64,000 bases of DNA from Pachysolen tannophilus NRRL Y-2460 (GCA_001661245.1 KV454011.1:1452724-1516723); one strand, 5' to 3'. Positions 1 to 12,762 are shown, counted from the stretch's first letter. Translations and numbers: made by a program. The notes: generated by a model not told the origin, from the sequence alone.

Positions 1-1310
1 TCTAAAATTTTATTTAAATCATCACCATCAACAATTTGTTGAAACAGTTTAAATTGATAATAAATAGATTGTAATTGGTAGTTTTTATGTTCTTTTGTTT
101 TAATTTTTAAAAAATTCAATATTTTGATATTATCAGAATAATCACCTTCAAAATCCATTGAATTACTACTGTTATCAGTGTTTGTACTATTCAGCAATGA
201 TAAATGTGGTTTATCTTTTATGAAATTGAAAACCCAAGTTAATAAATAATTTAAACAATTTAAATCTTTATTTTCTCTTGCAACTAATATTGCTTCTTCA
301 ATAGATCTAATTGCTTCTTCATCTGAACCAAATGAGGCATGTAGTGTTGCTAAACTTAGTAATGCATAATGGTATAATATTTTTTGTTTGTTGCTCATCA
401 TATAATCAAAGTAACGGTGTAAATTTTCAAAAGATGCTTCATAATCACCATTTTTTAAGCATTCTAAATATTTGATATAATATATTGAAGGTAAAGTTCC
501 ACTTTCCAATTGAGTCATTAAGCTTAAAATTTTAGTTAAATTTGGTGGTGTTGGAGTTCCATATGCTTCCAAAAGGTGAATTTGATAATCTAATAAATTT
601 GATAAATCAATTTGAGATATTATTAATAAATCTGGTTTATATTGTTGATTTGGTAAAGTAGATAATATTAATTTTTCAATTTTATTGTCATATGATTGAG
701 ATTCTAAAATTCTTTCTGTAAAATTTTTATTACAATTCAATCTATATTCTTTAAATGATTTCCATAAATACATTGTTTTATCAAATTCTAAATATTCAAA
801 ACTTATTATAATATTGTTAACAAATTTTCCTAAAAAACTTGATTTTGTTAAAATCTTACTATTTTTATTTGATGATAAATATAATTTTTTCCTATTTCTT
901 GAATTATCTTCAATTAATAATGATTTTGATTTAGTTATAAATTCATGTAAATCATCCAAATTTTCAATCGACCATAATGAATTTAATAAGACAGATTCAA
1001 TTAATTCAATATCTTTTAAAATCAAATCTTTTGATAACTTCAATTTATAAATTGAATGTTGTTTTATAGCATTTGAAAGATGTAATAATAAATCATCCAA
1101 AGTAGGTAAAATAATCACCCTATTACTATCCCCATTATCCTGTTGATCTTTACTAGAAACAAGATTAATGAATTCAACTATAGTTGCTAGTAAAGGTGGG
1201 TTTTGTCTTGAAGGTAACAAGACTGCACAGTACGCAGCTATTAACGAAAGTAATGATAACTTTGATGGCGATAAAGCTGGTGTTAATATAAGCTTAGTTT
1301 CCAGCGACAT
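1..1310 (-). CDS. APC5: Anaphase-promoting complex subunit Apc5 (runs off the left edge, 3' partial)
   Basis: Not in the ORF track because no stop lies in the window. ATG at 1310 (MS.ETKLILTPALSPSKLSLL). Same frame carries YEASFENLHRYFDYMM...YHYALLSLATLHASFGSDEEAIRSIEEAILVARENKD, the Apc5 signature. Confidence 0.85.
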   Translation of the reverse strand, partial: MSLETKLILTPALSPSKLSLLSLIAAYCAVLLPSRQNPPLLATIVEFINLVSSKDQQDNGDSNRVIILPTLDDLLLHLSNAIKQHSIYKLKLSKDLILKDIELIESVLLNSLWSIENLDDLHEFITKSKSLLIEDNSRNRKKLYLSSNKNSKILTKSSFLGKFVNNIIISFEYLEFDKTMYLWKSFKEYRLNCNKNFTERILESQSYDNKIEKLILSTLPNQQYKPDLLIISQIDLSNLLDYQIHLLEAYGTPTPPNLTKILSLMTQLESGTLPSIYYIKYLECLKNGDYEASFENLHRYFDYMMSNKQKILYHYALLSLATLHASFGSDEEAIRSIEEAILVARENKDLNCLNYLLTWVFNFIKDKPHLSLLNSTNTDNSSNSMDFEGDYSDNIKILNFLKIKTKEHKNYQLQSIYYQFKLFQQIVDGDDLNKIL

Positions 1311-1799
1311 TTCCAAATCAACCTTAGATTTAAACTTAAACCATAGACCCAGACCCAGACCTAGATCCTTTATCTTTATCTTTATCTTTATATATCAACC
1401 TTTATAATCCTTTCCATCAGCGGTTAAATCTTTCTCTTTGTTTACAATTTGATTTTAAGTCGTCAAATTGTACATCATATCGATTGATATCTGAATACAC
1501 TACCAAAAACAACAGCTAAACAGAAAGTTACTTGAACAAGAGTTGAAATTTACAACAAGTATTCATGTCAACGGTAATGTTTTTTTATATATTGAAGATG
1601 ATCTTATTTCTACTGAAGGAAAACCACAAAAAGAAGAAGCTGGAGAGTTTATGTTATATGTGAGTGTTGTAAGATACAACACGAGTAGAGTGCTACATAT
1701 AAATAGTTTGAAAAAAAAAAAAAAGAAACATTTCCATATCATTATCTCTATTTGTAATGTCACATATGAAATCCTTTGATTGATTATCTTTAAAAGAAA

Positions 1800-2486
1800 T
1801 CATAATCCCAATTCTTTATTTTTATCAATTGCATCCATCTCTGATAAGATTTGACTTGCTGCTACAAGTTGAATGATATTAGTAAATTGTTTGAAAAACC
1901 ATAAGGGGAAACTTATTAGGGATAAAATTTGTGGGAAAGTTAATCCAAAAACTAAAGGTTTAAAATCAAAATGTGATAAATAAAGTGCAACAAAGAAAAT
2001 TTCATTAAATGCACATACTATGAATAAAACTTTTTTATCACCATAATATAATTTTAACAAGATATTTTGATTTTTACCAATTGTCTTGTGTGATTTTGAA
2101 CCTGTAGATAAAGAGGCATACATATGCATATAATGAGAAGCTAAATCCAATGAAACTAATATTTGCCAAATTAATATATAATTTGGATATAAAACAGCTA
2201 AAAAACAAATTAATGAAGATGTAGTACATCTATCAGTAACCATATCCAATACAGCACCAAATCTACTTGTTTGATTATATTTTCTTGCAGCAAATCCATC
2301 AAAAGCATCCAATAGACAACTGATTCCATATATGAAAGTGGTGTATATAGGATGATTTCTCATCAAGAAAAATGAAAGTAAAGCAGATAAAACTCTTGAA
2401 TAGCCAATCATATTTGGTATGTAATAAAATACATCTCTTGACGTGATTCTTTTCAGAGACGTCGTTGAGGCCGTCTTTGATGACAT
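1800..2486 (-). CDS. PIS1: Phosphatidylinositol synthase
   Basis: YIPNMIGYSR and the CDP-alcohol phosphotransferase motif DAFDGFAARKYNQTSRFGAVLDMVTD. Confidence 0.97.
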   Translation of the reverse strand: MSSKTASTTSLKRITSRDVFYYIPNMIGYSRVLSALLSFFLMRNHPIYTTFIYGISCLLDAFDGFAARKYNQTSRFGAVLDMVTDRCTTSSLICFLAVLYPNYILIWQILVSLDLASHYMHMYASLSTGSKSHKTIGKNQNILLKLYYGDKKVLFIVCAFNEIFFVALYLSHFDFKPLVFGLTFPQILSLISFPLWFFKQFTNIIQLVAASQILSEMDAIDKNKELGL

Positions 2487-2972
2487 TATTAAATTAACAA
2501 ATTATAACTGATAGATAAAAAATTAATCCTATTTTTTTTTGTTTCTATGTTTCGTTTCTATGCTTCTATTAGATTATAGATCAATATAATCAATCAATAG
2601 AAGAAGTAATTATCTTATGACCTACGTTATGTCTTGATATATTAAGCTTCGCTGGAATTAAAAATGAGAGAAAAAAAAAGCCTCCATATTGGAGAATATT
2701 TTTTGAAACCCGGAGAAAAAAACTACAAAAAGTTCCGCAAAGGAGAAATTTGAAAAAGACGGAAACCAGGCTAAAAATTAAAAGAAAACTTCTCCGACTT
2801 TTGCGGTAGTCAAGTTAAAAGAGCAGAAAAGAAAAGAAATTGAATGAGTTCCATCTATCATTCGTCGTCAGGAATAAAAGACTAAACTATTTTAGTTTTA
2901 AAGTAATGAATGATTTATAAAAATCTGTGTTTGTATTTAGCATAGGTGCTTAATTGGAAATTGAATAAAATA

Positions 2973-4577
2973 ATGGGGAGCAAAACAAGTGATTATGGTA
3001 CGTGAGGTCAAAAAGCAAGATCAAGATTTTTAAACAATTATCGATGACTAACTTTAAAAATCAATATTGTGGAGTGTGTAGATTTGAATTCACTTATAAA
3101 AGATTATGGATCTGATAATAACCCAATTATACTACAAAGATTACAACATATTGTTAATGTTTCTAATGGGGACCCGAAGTTGCTGAAACTGGCAACTGAA
3201 AAAATTGATTCGATTATAGAGACTTATGGTTATTGTGTTTTAGGTTTAAAAAACAACAATAATAATAATAACAATAACAGCAACAACAATAATAATAATA
3301 ATGGAAGTAATTTAAATGAAAGAAATCAAAGTATAATTAAACAGTTGGATAATGAGATTTTAATTTTAAATAAATCAAAAAATTTGGATGATTTTGCTAA
3401 ATTGCAAAATTTAAATTATGAAAAGGCAATTAGGTATTTACTTGAAAATGAAACGATAATGGCAATTAATTCTTTAAATATCAGTAATCAATCGTATTTT
3501 AAAAGATTTTCAAATTATTCAATTTGTAAAGATTTAGAAAATTATTGTATGTTGATGGCATATAATAAAAACTTTGAATCTTTGGAGAATCAATGTTCTA
3601 GGAAATTAAATTCTTTTCGAGAATTTTATAACAAGAAAATTGATAATTCTAAAAATGATCTGAACAATGATGACTTTGATAATAACGATATTAACGGCGA
3701 TGATGATGATGACGATGAAGAAGAAGAAAATAATGATGACTTTAGATTATATGGAACGCATCAAACTTCTGAAGTAGAACAATTAAAATTAAAAGATTTA
3801 AAAGAGAGATTAATTTCTCAGGAAATTATAAGTTATTGGAATTGTAAGTTTTTAATGATTTTTGCTCATTTCCAATTATCGAATTATGAAGAAGTCATAA
3901 CAGGATTTTTTGATCTATTACAAGATGCACCAATAGGAAGAGTGAGTGCAATAGATGTCTTGAAACAGAAAATCACAGATAAAAATTTGAATCATATAAT
4001 ATCATTTGATGATTTGATTACAGTTTTTGCTTTATCAATATTAATTGTTAAACCAATAAGAGATCAGCTTGAAATGATTAAAAATGAAGATTTTCAAAAT
4101 TTATTGGATGAATATGAAGATTTTGAAAATTTGATTAAATTATTTAATTTCAATGTAAATTGTCAATTTCATATGTTTAATGAAAAATTTTATGAATTAA
4201 TAACATCAAAATATAAATATAATATATATTTATTCAATGATTTAAATAAAATAAATTTAATTCTAAGACAAAAACAGTATTTATTAATTTTTGCAAATTT
4301 TGAAAAAATTGAATTAAAATATTTATTGAAAAAATTGAATTTTTCAATTGCAAATATTGATTATTTGGAATCTGAAATACTATTATTGATTAAAGTCTTG
4401 AATTTAAACATTGATTATGATGATAATAAAAAAATTTTCAGTAGAAGAACAAATTTGAAGAATTTACAAAAATTAGAACTTGTTGATAGTTTAAATAAGT
4501 TGTATGAACAAATTAATAATGATGAAGAAGTTGCTGTAAAATTGAGGAGTACATTATTTGAAAGGGTTGGGTCTTAG
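2973..4577 (+). CDS. Probable PCI-domain protein (COP9 signalosome Csn1/Pci8-like); two exons, 2973..2997 + 3082..4577, 506 aa
   Basis: The track ORF starts at GTG. An upstream ATG (2973), GTACGT donor (2998), TGACTAAC branch (3045-3052) and TAG acceptor (3081) splice in frame (G|AT = Asp). Helical protein with a PCI-like C-terminus; family call is by resemblance only. Confidence 0.6.
2998..3081 (+). other. Spliceosomal intron (84 nt)
   Basis: GTACGT...TGACTAAC...TAG; frame-preserving and supplies the missing ATG. Confidence 0.8.
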
Positions 4578-4726
4578 ATAAAGAAAATCCCCCTCCCCAC
4601 AAGAAAAAAAATAAAAAAAAAGTTTTATACAAGTAAAAATGGAAAAGTACAAGTATAGTAAGTACAGGGAAATAAATAGTTAGTTTTTCTTTTTTTTTTT
4701 GTATCTTTTGAACAAAATAAATAATA

Positions 4727-6325
4727 TTACACTAAAACATCTACTACATCTTCTTCATAATTTGTAGTAATACCATTTTGAGCGATATTTTCTATATCAA
4801 CAATTTCCTTAGCTGCTTCTACAGTTAAATTAATTTGAGAATCTCTTTGAATTGCAATATTATCTTCGATTCTTATACCAAGATTTCTAAAATGTTTTGG
4901 CCAACGCATATCATCCGGAACATAAATACCTGGTTCAATGGTTATAACTTGATTTTTTTTCAAAAGTTTATTTCTTGAATAATCTGGAACATCATGAACG
5001 TCTAAACCTAAATTATGACCAATATAATGAGGATAAAGTTTTGTAGTTTCATATTCTGTTAAATGCAGAAATCCAATATTTTTCAATTCTTTAGTAAGTT
5101 CTTTTACACTAATATCATGTAATCCTTGCAAGGAGATTTGATTTAACTCTGTGCATTGAGAAATACAATGTCTTTGTACATTCAACAATGCTTGATATAA
5201 ATCTCTTTGTGCTGGAGTGAATTTCCCATTTACAGGCCAAGTTCTTGAAATATCTGCTCTATATCCACCAAGGGCACCAGCAGCATCAACTAAAACCAAC
5301 TCTCCATCATGGAAAATATCATCATTTCTAGTATAATGAATAGTTAAAGAATTTGGACCCCCTGCAACTACTGGAATATATGCATTTCCTGAACATCCTC
5401 CAGATATGAATTGATATTCCAAGAAAGATGCTAAAGTTCTTTCATTTTGGAAAAAATTAGCATAAGCTTTATTATAAGCTCTACCAGATATTTCACCAGC
5501 TTTTCTCAACACTGCTAATTCTGAATTTGATTTTATAACTCTTAAAGAAGTCATAATTCCTGAAATTGGATGTGGATTTTTATTATTTTTTTTCAATAAT
5601 GATTCAATTGTTGTTACAAATTTATTTTCATCATCACTTTTTTGGAAAAAATTTGCAAAAAAATTTGAATTTTTATTCTTATTTTCTAATGAATCATAAT
5701 AAATAAATTGATTTTTTTGTATTAATTTTTCTAAATGATTAACAAATCTATCATTTGGAAAAACTTGATCAGCATTAAAAATTTCTTTTGCACCTTCAAT
5801 ACCTGTTCTATTTCCTTCCCATTGTTCAGCATTAGGGTTTTTAGGAGGAACAACAAGATGAAATATAACATCTTCCAAGTTGTTTGTAGGTTTTTCCAAT
5901 ATACAAATGGAATCAGGTTCATTCCAACCAGTTAAATAATAAAAATCAGTATTTTGTTGAAATTTATAAAAAACTGCACCTGACGCATATTTTAAAACTG
6001 ATCCAGGAACAATAACTAAAGATCTTGCAGCAAGTCCTTCCACTAACCTCAACCTTCTTTCAAAATACTCAGTAGCAGCAATTCCTGGAGTTAAATCTCC
6101 CAGTTTAATCAGATGTGGTCTTGTTTCATGTAATGGTTGTCCAGCGGTAAAATCAGGAATTGATCTAGTTTTCAAAAAATGTTCAGACAGATTTAAAAAC
6201 CGCTTATTCAATTTCCCAAATGAATGGAATTGTCTCCTAATACCACCACTATTCAACAGCGGCCTCAGCAGCAGCAATAACAATGACCATATCGCCCTTG
6301 AAGAAGCAAAAGAAGAAGATAACAT
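4727..6325 (-). CDS. ICP55: Mitochondrial intermediate cleaving peptidase (Xaa-Pro aminopeptidase family)
   Basis: AGQPLHETRPH...LTPGI, YLTGWNEPDS, DISRTWP, HYIGHNLGLDVHD, EPGIY, GIRIED. First ATG at 6325 is followed by a presequence-like N-terminus. Confidence 0.95.
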   Translation of the reverse strand: MLSSSFASSRAIWSLLLLLLRPLLNSGGIRRQFHSFGKLNKRFLNLSEHFLKTRSIPDFTAGQPLHETRPHLIKLGDLTPGIAATEYFERRLRLVEGLAARSLVIVPGSVLKYASGAVFYKFQQNTDFYYLTGWNEPDSICILEKPTNNLEDVIFHLVVPPKNPNAEQWEGNRTGIEGAKEIFNADQVFPNDRFVNHLEKLIQKNQFIYYDSLENKNKNSNFFANFFQKSDDENKFVTTIESLLKKNNKNPHPISGIMTSLRVIKSNSELAVLRKAGEISGRAYNKAYANFFQNERTLASFLEYQFISGGCSGNAYIPVVAGGPNSLTIHYTRNDDIFHDGELVLVDAAGALGGYRADISRTWPVNGKFTPAQRDLYQALLNVQRHCISQCTELNQISLQGLHDISVKELTKELKNIGFLHLTEYETTKLYPHYIGHNLGLDVHDVPDYSRNKLLKKNQVITIEPGIYVPDDMRWPKHFRNLGIRIEDNIAIQRDSQINLTVEAAKEIVDIENIAQNGITTNYEEDVVDVLV

Positions 6326-6617
6326 CGTTAAGCAAACTATATACAAACCAATGAATATTTCAATATTTTCATCAAAAACTCTTTTGTTTTGTTTTAACTT
6401 TTCAGAATAATAAGCTGATTTCAAAAAAGTCGTGTCACGCAAACTCAAACAATTTTTTTTTCTTTTTCGCCAAAAAAATCTGTGCAATTTTTTTTCTTTT
6501 TGGTTAAACTTGAACAAAAGACTTCACTATTTAATAATAATATATATAACAAAAGGAATTAAATCAATCCATCAAGAAATAATATATAATATATTTTATA
6601 TATTAAGAATAAAGAAT

Positions 6618-6974
6618 ATGTCGGTGACAACAGCGGCAGGAGTGTTTGGGAGACCTTCAAGACAGAGGTTGTTAGAATTGCAGAAACTCAGCTGTGAGAT
6701 TTTCCAAACAACTTTCAATCCAACAAATCAAAGAACAGGTTCTAAAATATTGAGTAAAAGATTAATTGGTCCAACAGTAGCAAACTATTATGGGAACCCT
6801 GATTTTTTAAAATTTAAAGATGTTGCCAAATTGTATAAAAATGAAGATTTCAAGTTGGTTGATCCTAGAGAAGAGTATAGGTTAAATTTAGCTGCTTCAC
6901 GTAAAAGAAGAGGTAAAGGTGCTCCAACAAAGAAGAAAGAAGCTTCTTCAAAAGATGGAAAAAAGAAAAAATAA
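6618..6974 (+). CDS. RSM27: Mitochondrial small-subunit ribosomal protein mS33
   Basis: IFQTTFNPTNQRTGSKIL...L.GPTVANYY...RKRRGKGAP. ATG at 6618. Confidence 0.93.
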   Translation: MSVTTAAGVFGRPSRQRLLELQKLSCEIFQTTFNPTNQRTGSKILSKRLIGPTVANYYGNPDFLKFKDVAKLYKNEDFKLVDPREEYRLNLAASRKRRGKGAPTKKKEASSKDGKKKK

Positions 6975-8100
6975 TCTATAATAATAAATAATAATAACTT
7001 AAGGTGGTTTGGGCAGTAATTATATTTTTCTTTTTATTTTTTTTAAAATATTATCCTCTGTATATATGTAATGAAAAAAAAATTTCAACTTTTAAATAAT
7101 TAGTACCTTTTTTTTTGGTCTTATTTCAAGAAACAACCTAAATTAGTTCAATAACATATAAATACAAAGAGGAAAAGAAAAGATTAGGTAACTACTGCCT
7201 TGTTCATGTGACTTAATTAAAAAAAACAAAAAAAAACAAAAAAAAACAAAAAAAAACGTTTATATAAAAGTAAAGGTGGATCCAGTTTTAAAAAATTCCT
7301 TGTTTCCTTCAAATGTTAACGTTTTATTCCCATACCGGTTCTAGCTTCTCCATCAATGTTAATCATTTATTTTTATATACATATAAATAAATATAATTAT
7401 ATTTATATATATATTAATATGTATGTATAAATATAACTATAGTGCTAAGGAAGTCCGATTTGTTTTGCATTGCATTTAGTTTGGATTTCCGTGTATGGAA
7501 AATAAATAATCCGAATGTGTCATAATAATAATGTCGTACAAATATTGGTACTAATTATAATATGTGTGTATATTGTATACATATTTAAGTGTATGTATTT
7601 TTTATATAAACTGGATTGTAAAAAGCGAAACACGGATCTTATAGGAAAATATCGTATTTCATAAATTGTTATTGTGAAAATAAAACAAGGATAATCAATC
7701 ATTATTATTAAAAGAGAGAATGATATATAAGAATCCTTTCTTTGGTTCAATTTCTATACTGTTACTATCTATATATACAATTTGTAATATCTATTTATTC
7801 TTAGTTTAAAACCAAATGTCAGTTCCCCTCATCGCTTGCTCGCTCTTTCAACTAAGATTTTTCATTTTTTGTACTGTGTCTTCTTCTTCGGTGGTCAAAA
7901 AAAAGCAAAAAAAAAAAAAAAAAAAAAAAAAAGTAGGAAAAATTCGCATGAACTGATGCACCTTGAATTTTTGTCTCTTTTCTTTTCCCAAAATTGCTTC
8001 GCAAGTATAAATACTTGATGTGGTGCTCATATCTTTTAAAATTATTGTAATATCTTGTAGATAATAATAATCAAAAAAAAAAAAAAAGAATATTGATAAT

Positions 8101-9864
8101 ATGAATAGGTCCATTCTTATTAGGAATTGTCGCTTATTGCGTCTGAATGGGGCTTCGTCTTATTCAAAAAGGTTATTGTCCACTAACTTTACATTGTTCA
8201 ATGAGCTGCTGAAACCTGTTGATTCTAAACCTGTTTCTTCTTTTACTCCTCCTCCTCCTCCTCCTCCATCACAACAACCACAAAATTCTTCAAAACCAGT
8301 GGTATCAAGATTGAGGAAATATACAAAGTATGCATTTAGGGCTACGTATTTGTCTGTCTTTTTAGGTGTTGGTTATTTGGGTTATTCGATTTATTCTGAA
8401 ATGCATCCAGCAAAGCAGATTCCGCAATCAGAAAAGACATCGGTTGGTTCTAAAAAAAAGACTTTACTTATATTAGGTACCGGTTGGGGTGCTATTTCTT
8501 TATTAAAAGATTTAGATACTAGTTTATATAACGTTATTGTGGTGTCACCAAGAAATTATTTTTTATTCACTCCATTACTACCTTCGGTACCAACTGGTAC
8601 AATTGATTTGAAATCAATTGTTGATCCTGTTAGAACTATTGCTAGATTAACTCCAGGTGAAGTTCAATATTTGGAAGCAGAAGCTACAGATATTGATACA
8701 AAGAATAAGAAAGTCACTGTGAAGCATACTAGTCAATCGATAACTCCAGGTATTGTACAAACTACTCCAGATGATATTCGTAAAACTTTGGATTATGATT
8801 ATTTAGTTATTGCAGTTGGTGCAGAGACAAATACTTTCAATACACCAGGTGTTAAGGAGTATGCTTCTTATTTGAAAGAAGCTTCAGATGCAGTAGAAGT
8901 TAGAGCTAAATTGATGCAAAATATTGAAGCTGCTCAATTGTTACCATTAGGATCTGAAGAGAGAAATAGATTAATGACTTTTACCGTTGTAGGTGGTGGC
9001 CCAACAGGGGTTGAGTTAGCTGCAGAAGTTAAAGATTATATTGATCAAGATTTATCCAAACTTTTCCCAGGAATTGAAAAGGAAACCACAGTTCATTTGA
9101 TTGAAGCATTACCAAATGTTTTGAATAGTTTTAATAAAAAATTGATTGCTTATTCTGAATATGTTTTCAAAAAAATTAATATCAATCTTTCTGTTAATAC
9201 AATGGTCCAAAAAGTTGATAACAAGAATGTTTATGCAAAAGTTAAACAACCAAATGGTGAATTTAAAGAAATTGTTTTACCTTATGGTGTTCTTGTTTGG
9301 GCTACAGGTAATGGGCCAAGACAATTAATTAAAGATTTATCCACTCAAATTGATGCTCAAAAGACTGCAAGAAGAGGTTTATTAGTTGATGAATTCTTAA
9401 AACTTGAAGGAACAGATGGAGTATTTGCCTTGGGTGATTGTACTTTTACAAAACATCCTCCAACAGCACAAGTTGCTCATCAACAAGGTATATACTTGTC
9501 GAAATTATTTGAAACAATGGCAAAAGTTGAAAATTTTGAATATAAAATCGCACAAGAAGATGCATCACCAGATCGTGATACAAACAAGATTGATAGATTA
9601 CAAAGAAGAATAAATAGAACAAAACAAAATTTAGTACCTTTTGTCTATACACATATGGGTGCTTTGGCTTATGTTGGTTCAGAAAGAGCAGTTGCCGATT
9701 TGGTTTGGGGAGACTGGTCACAAATTTCTACAGGTGGACCTTTAACCTTTTTATTCTGGAGAACCGCCTATGTAGCAATGTGTTTAAGTATCAAGAACAA
9801 AGTATTAATCTGTTCCGATTGGGTTAAAATAAGTATCTTTGGAAGAGATTGCTCAAAAGAGTGA
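8101..9864 (+). CDS. NDE1: Mitochondrial type II (external) NADH dehydrogenase, Nde1/Nde2 family
   Basis: GTGWGA, SPRNYFLFTPLLPS, VGGGPTGVELAAE, ALGDC, TAQVAHQQG and C-terminal FGRDCS. Confidence 0.92.
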   Translation: MNRSILIRNCRLLRLNGASSYSKRLLSTNFTLFNELLKPVDSKPVSSFTPPPPPPPSQQPQNSSKPVVSRLRKYTKYAFRATYLSVFLGVGYLGYSIYSEMHPAKQIPQSEKTSVGSKKKTLLILGTGWGAISLLKDLDTSLYNVIVVSPRNYFLFTPLLPSVPTGTIDLKSIVDPVRTIARLTPGEVQYLEAEATDIDTKNKKVTVKHTSQSITPGIVQTTPDDIRKTLDYDYLVIAVGAETNTFNTPGVKEYASYLKEASDAVEVRAKLMQNIEAAQLLPLGSEERNRLMTFTVVGGGPTGVELAAEVKDYIDQDLSKLFPGIEKETTVHLIEALPNVLNSFNKKLIAYSEYVFKKININLSVNTMVQKVDNKNVYAKVKQPNGEFKEIVLPYGVLVWATGNGPRQLIKDLSTQIDAQKTARRGLLVDEFLKLEGTDGVFALGDCTFTKHPPTAQVAHQQGIYLSKLFETMAKVENFEYKIAQEDASPDRDTNKIDRLQRRINRTKQNLVPFVYTHMGALAYVGSERAVADLVWGDWSQISTGGPLTFLFWRTAYVAMCLSIKNKVLICSDWVKISIFGRDCSKE

Positions 9865-10481
9865 AAAATGAAAATTACATTAAAAGTACTCTTTTTTTTT
9901 GATAAATAATATTTCTTGTTGAAGTGATAAATAGCTTCTTTTTATCTGTTTTATTTAGTTTAGGACCAAGTTAATAGAATATTTCACCTCATATATATAA
10001 TATATATATATATTTGTATTTCCAGCTGTTGAAGGTGCAAACTAACTCCTGCAGGTGGTGCAGGAGCTGTTAAAGGTGCTGGTGGTGTGGGTGGTGTCGG
10101 AGGTTACTCTTTCGGACCCGACTATTTTCATGTCCTGAGAAAATTTGACAGAATTTTTCTCTTTTCAGCATTCACCTTTTTATCCGGCTTAAAGTCATCC
10201 TAAAGAATCCTAAGAACTAAGAAATAAGAATCAAAAGTAAATATCTTGTAATTAATAGTATATTATCAATTATTGATTTGTGTTAAGTCAAAGTTAATAG
10301 TGATTGACAATTAACGATTAAACCATTATTTTAAAAAAAAATTTTTTAATATTGAATTTCAAAGTGCTATTTTTGTTGTTCAACTAGTGATTTTTTGTTT
10401 TTTTTAAAGTTTTTTCTTTTTTTCTTTAATTCTTTTCTTTTCTTATTAATTATTATTAAAAATCGATTAAAAATATTAACC

Positions 10482-11972
10482 ATGTTGAGAACGTCTGTAT
10501 TACCTCGTCAAATTGTCAAGAATTTCAATTTCAAGACTCAGATCAGATCATTGGCTGATGCTGCTAATAAGAAGCATGATGTGGTTATCATTGGTGGTGG
10601 TCCAGGTGGTTATGTTGCCGCCATCAAGGCTGCGCAATTAGGATTCGATACTGCTTGTATTGAAAAAAGAGGTGCCTTGGGTGGTACTTGTTTAAACGTT
10701 GGATGTATTCCTTCAAAGGCTTTGTTGAACAATTCCCACTTGTATCATCAAATCTTACATGATTCAAAATCAAGAGGTATTGATGTTGGTGATGTATCTT
10801 TAAACATTGCAAATTTCATGAAGGCAAAGGAAACTTCTGTTAAACAATTGACTAGTGGTGTTGAGATGTTATTCAAGAAGAATGGTGTCAAGTACTACAA
10901 AGGATCTGGTTCTTTTGTTGATGAACATAACATTAAGATTGACCCAATTGAAGGTGGTGAAGAGGCCACTGTTACAGCTGACAAAATCATCATTGCTACA
11001 GGTTCTGAAGTTACTCCATTCCCAGGTATTACAATTGATGAAGAAAGAATTGTTTCTTCAACTGGTGCTTTATCTTTAAAAGAAGTTCCAAAAAGACTTG
11101 TAATCATTGGTGGTGGTATCATTGGTTTAGAAATGGGTTCAGTTTGGTCTAGGTTAGGTTCCGAAGTCACTGTTATTGAATTCCAAAATTCAATTGGTGC
11201 TTCAATGGATGGTGAAATTGCCAAGACAACACAAAAATTGTTATCAAAACAAGGTTTGAAGTTTAACTTGGGTTCAAAAGTTACTAAAGGTGTTAGAGAA
11301 GGTGATGTTGTTAAAATTGCTTATGAAAATGTTAAAACTGGTGAAGCTTCAGAAATTGAAGCAGATGTCTTATTAGTCGCAGTTGGTCGTAGACCATATA
11401 CTGAAGGTTTAGGTCTTGAAAAATTGGAATTGGATGTTGATAAGAAAGGTAGAATAGTTATTGATTCTGAATTTAAAACAAAATTCCCACATATTAGAGT
11501 CATTGGTGATGTTACTTTTGGTCCTATGTTGGCTCATAAAGCTGAAGAAGAAGGTATTGCTGTTGCCGAATATTTTAAGAATGGCCATGGCCATGTTAAC
11601 TACGGTAACATTCCAGCAGTTATGTATTCTCATCCAGAAGTTGCTTGGGTTGGTCAAAATGAAGAAGAATTAAAAGCTGCTGGTATCAAATATAAAATTG
11701 GTAAATTCCCATTCATTGCTAATTCAAGAGCTAAGACCAATCAAGACACCGATGGATTTGTTAAATTTATTGCTGATGCTCAAACCCAAAGAGTCTTGGG
11801 TGTTCATATAATTGGTCCAAATGCTGGTGAAATGATTGCAGAAGCTGGTTTAGCACTTGAATATGGTGCTTCTACAGAAGATATAGGCAGAGTTTGCCAT
11901 GCTCATCCTACATTGTCTGAAGCTTTCAAAGAAGCTGCCTTGTCTACTTTTGGTAAACCAATCAATTTTTAA
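10482..11972 (+). CDS. LPD1: Dihydrolipoamide dehydrogenase (E3)
   Basis: [11 protein letters not shown], redox motif [27 protein letters not shown] at 10482. Confidence 0.98.
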   Translation: MLRTSVLPRQIVKNFNFKTQIRSLADAANKKHDVVIIGGGPGGYVAAIKAAQLGFDTACIEKRGALGGTCLNVGCIPSKALLNNSHLYHQILHDSKSRGIDVGDVSLNIANFMKAKETSVKQLTSGVEMLFKKNGVKYYKGSGSFVDEHNIKIDPIEGGEEATVTADKIIIATGSEVTPFPGITIDEERIVSSTGALSLKEVPKRLVIIGGGIIGLEMGSVWSRLGSEVTVIEFQNSIGASMDGEIAKTTQKLLSKQGLKFNLGSKVTKGVREGDVVKIAYENVKTGEASEIEADVLLVAVGRRPYTEGLGLEKLELDVDKKGRIVIDSEFKTKFPHIRVIGDVTFGPMLAHKAEEEGIAVAEYFKNGHGHVNYGNIPAVMYSHPEVAWVGQNEEELKAAGIKYKIGKFPFIANSRAKTNQDTDGFVKFIADAQTQRVLGVHIIGPNAGEMIAEAGLALEYGASTEDIGRVCHAHPTLSEAFKEAALSTFGKPINF

Positions 11973-12451
11973 ATAAACTTAAATAAGAGTAGAAGAAAAG
12001 AATCATCAGTGGTGAATAATAAAAAACGAAAAAAAGTTTATTAATAAAATGAATATAACTCACATTGTTGAGATGAAAAAAAAAAAAAAAGGGTTATTAA
12101 AAAAAAAAAAAAAAAAGAGACTTTTAGTTTAGAGAATAAATGAATAAAGTTTTTGAAGTTTTCTTTTCTTTCATCTTCTTTTTCTTTTTTATTTTTTTTT
12201 TTTTTCATAACTAAGTAGTTTTTTTGTCTCCCCTATTTTTTTTTTTTAACTGGTTTCCATTATTTATTTAATCTCTTTTTTCTTTTTTTTCTAACTATTT
12301 TTTATCGTTTATATATAAATTCAAATTTTTACATATTATAATAATAGATTCATATAAAAATAGTAATGTAGAGAGAGAAAAAGAAGTTGTGTATAAAATA
12401 GATACAAAAAGAAGCAAAGAAAAAAAAAAAAAAAAAAAATTTTTTTATGAA

Positions 12452-12525
12452 TGGTCCCTAGCAGGATCGAACTGCTGATCTCCGCGTTATTAGCACGGCG
12501 CCTTAACCAACTGGGCCAAGGGACC
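12452..12525 (-). tRNA. tRNA-Ile (anticodon AAT), intronless, 74 nt
   Basis: Reverse complement GGTCCCTTGGCCCAGTTGGTTAAGGCGCCGTGCTAATAACGCGGAGATCAGCAGTTCGATCCTGCTAGGGACCA folds as a cloverleaf with A and B boxes. A long T tract lies downstream. Confidence 0.97.
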
Positions 12526-12762
12526 TTTCCATGTATTGGGAGAAGCAGTTTGGCCGTACTTACTGAAAAACCACCTTCCACAACTACTTTATTTAATTTA
12601 ATTTTATTTCATTACTACAGGAGTTGGTTGATATATTTAATTGGATTTAAAAATAAATATTATATTGTATGATTTTTCTTTTTATATATATATAAATAAA
12701 CAAATATTTCACTTCACTTCATATCTTCTTTCCTTAAATTAGGTGGGATTTTTTTTTTTTAT

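Noticed and set aside
814..1779. Short ORFs at 814, 1168, 1543 and 1563
   Set aside because: Antisense shadows of APC5 or intergenic ORFs crossing homopolymers, with no recognisable motifs.
12336..12672. Two short ORFs
   Set aside because: They overlap the tRNA-Ile gene and poly(A/T) tracts.
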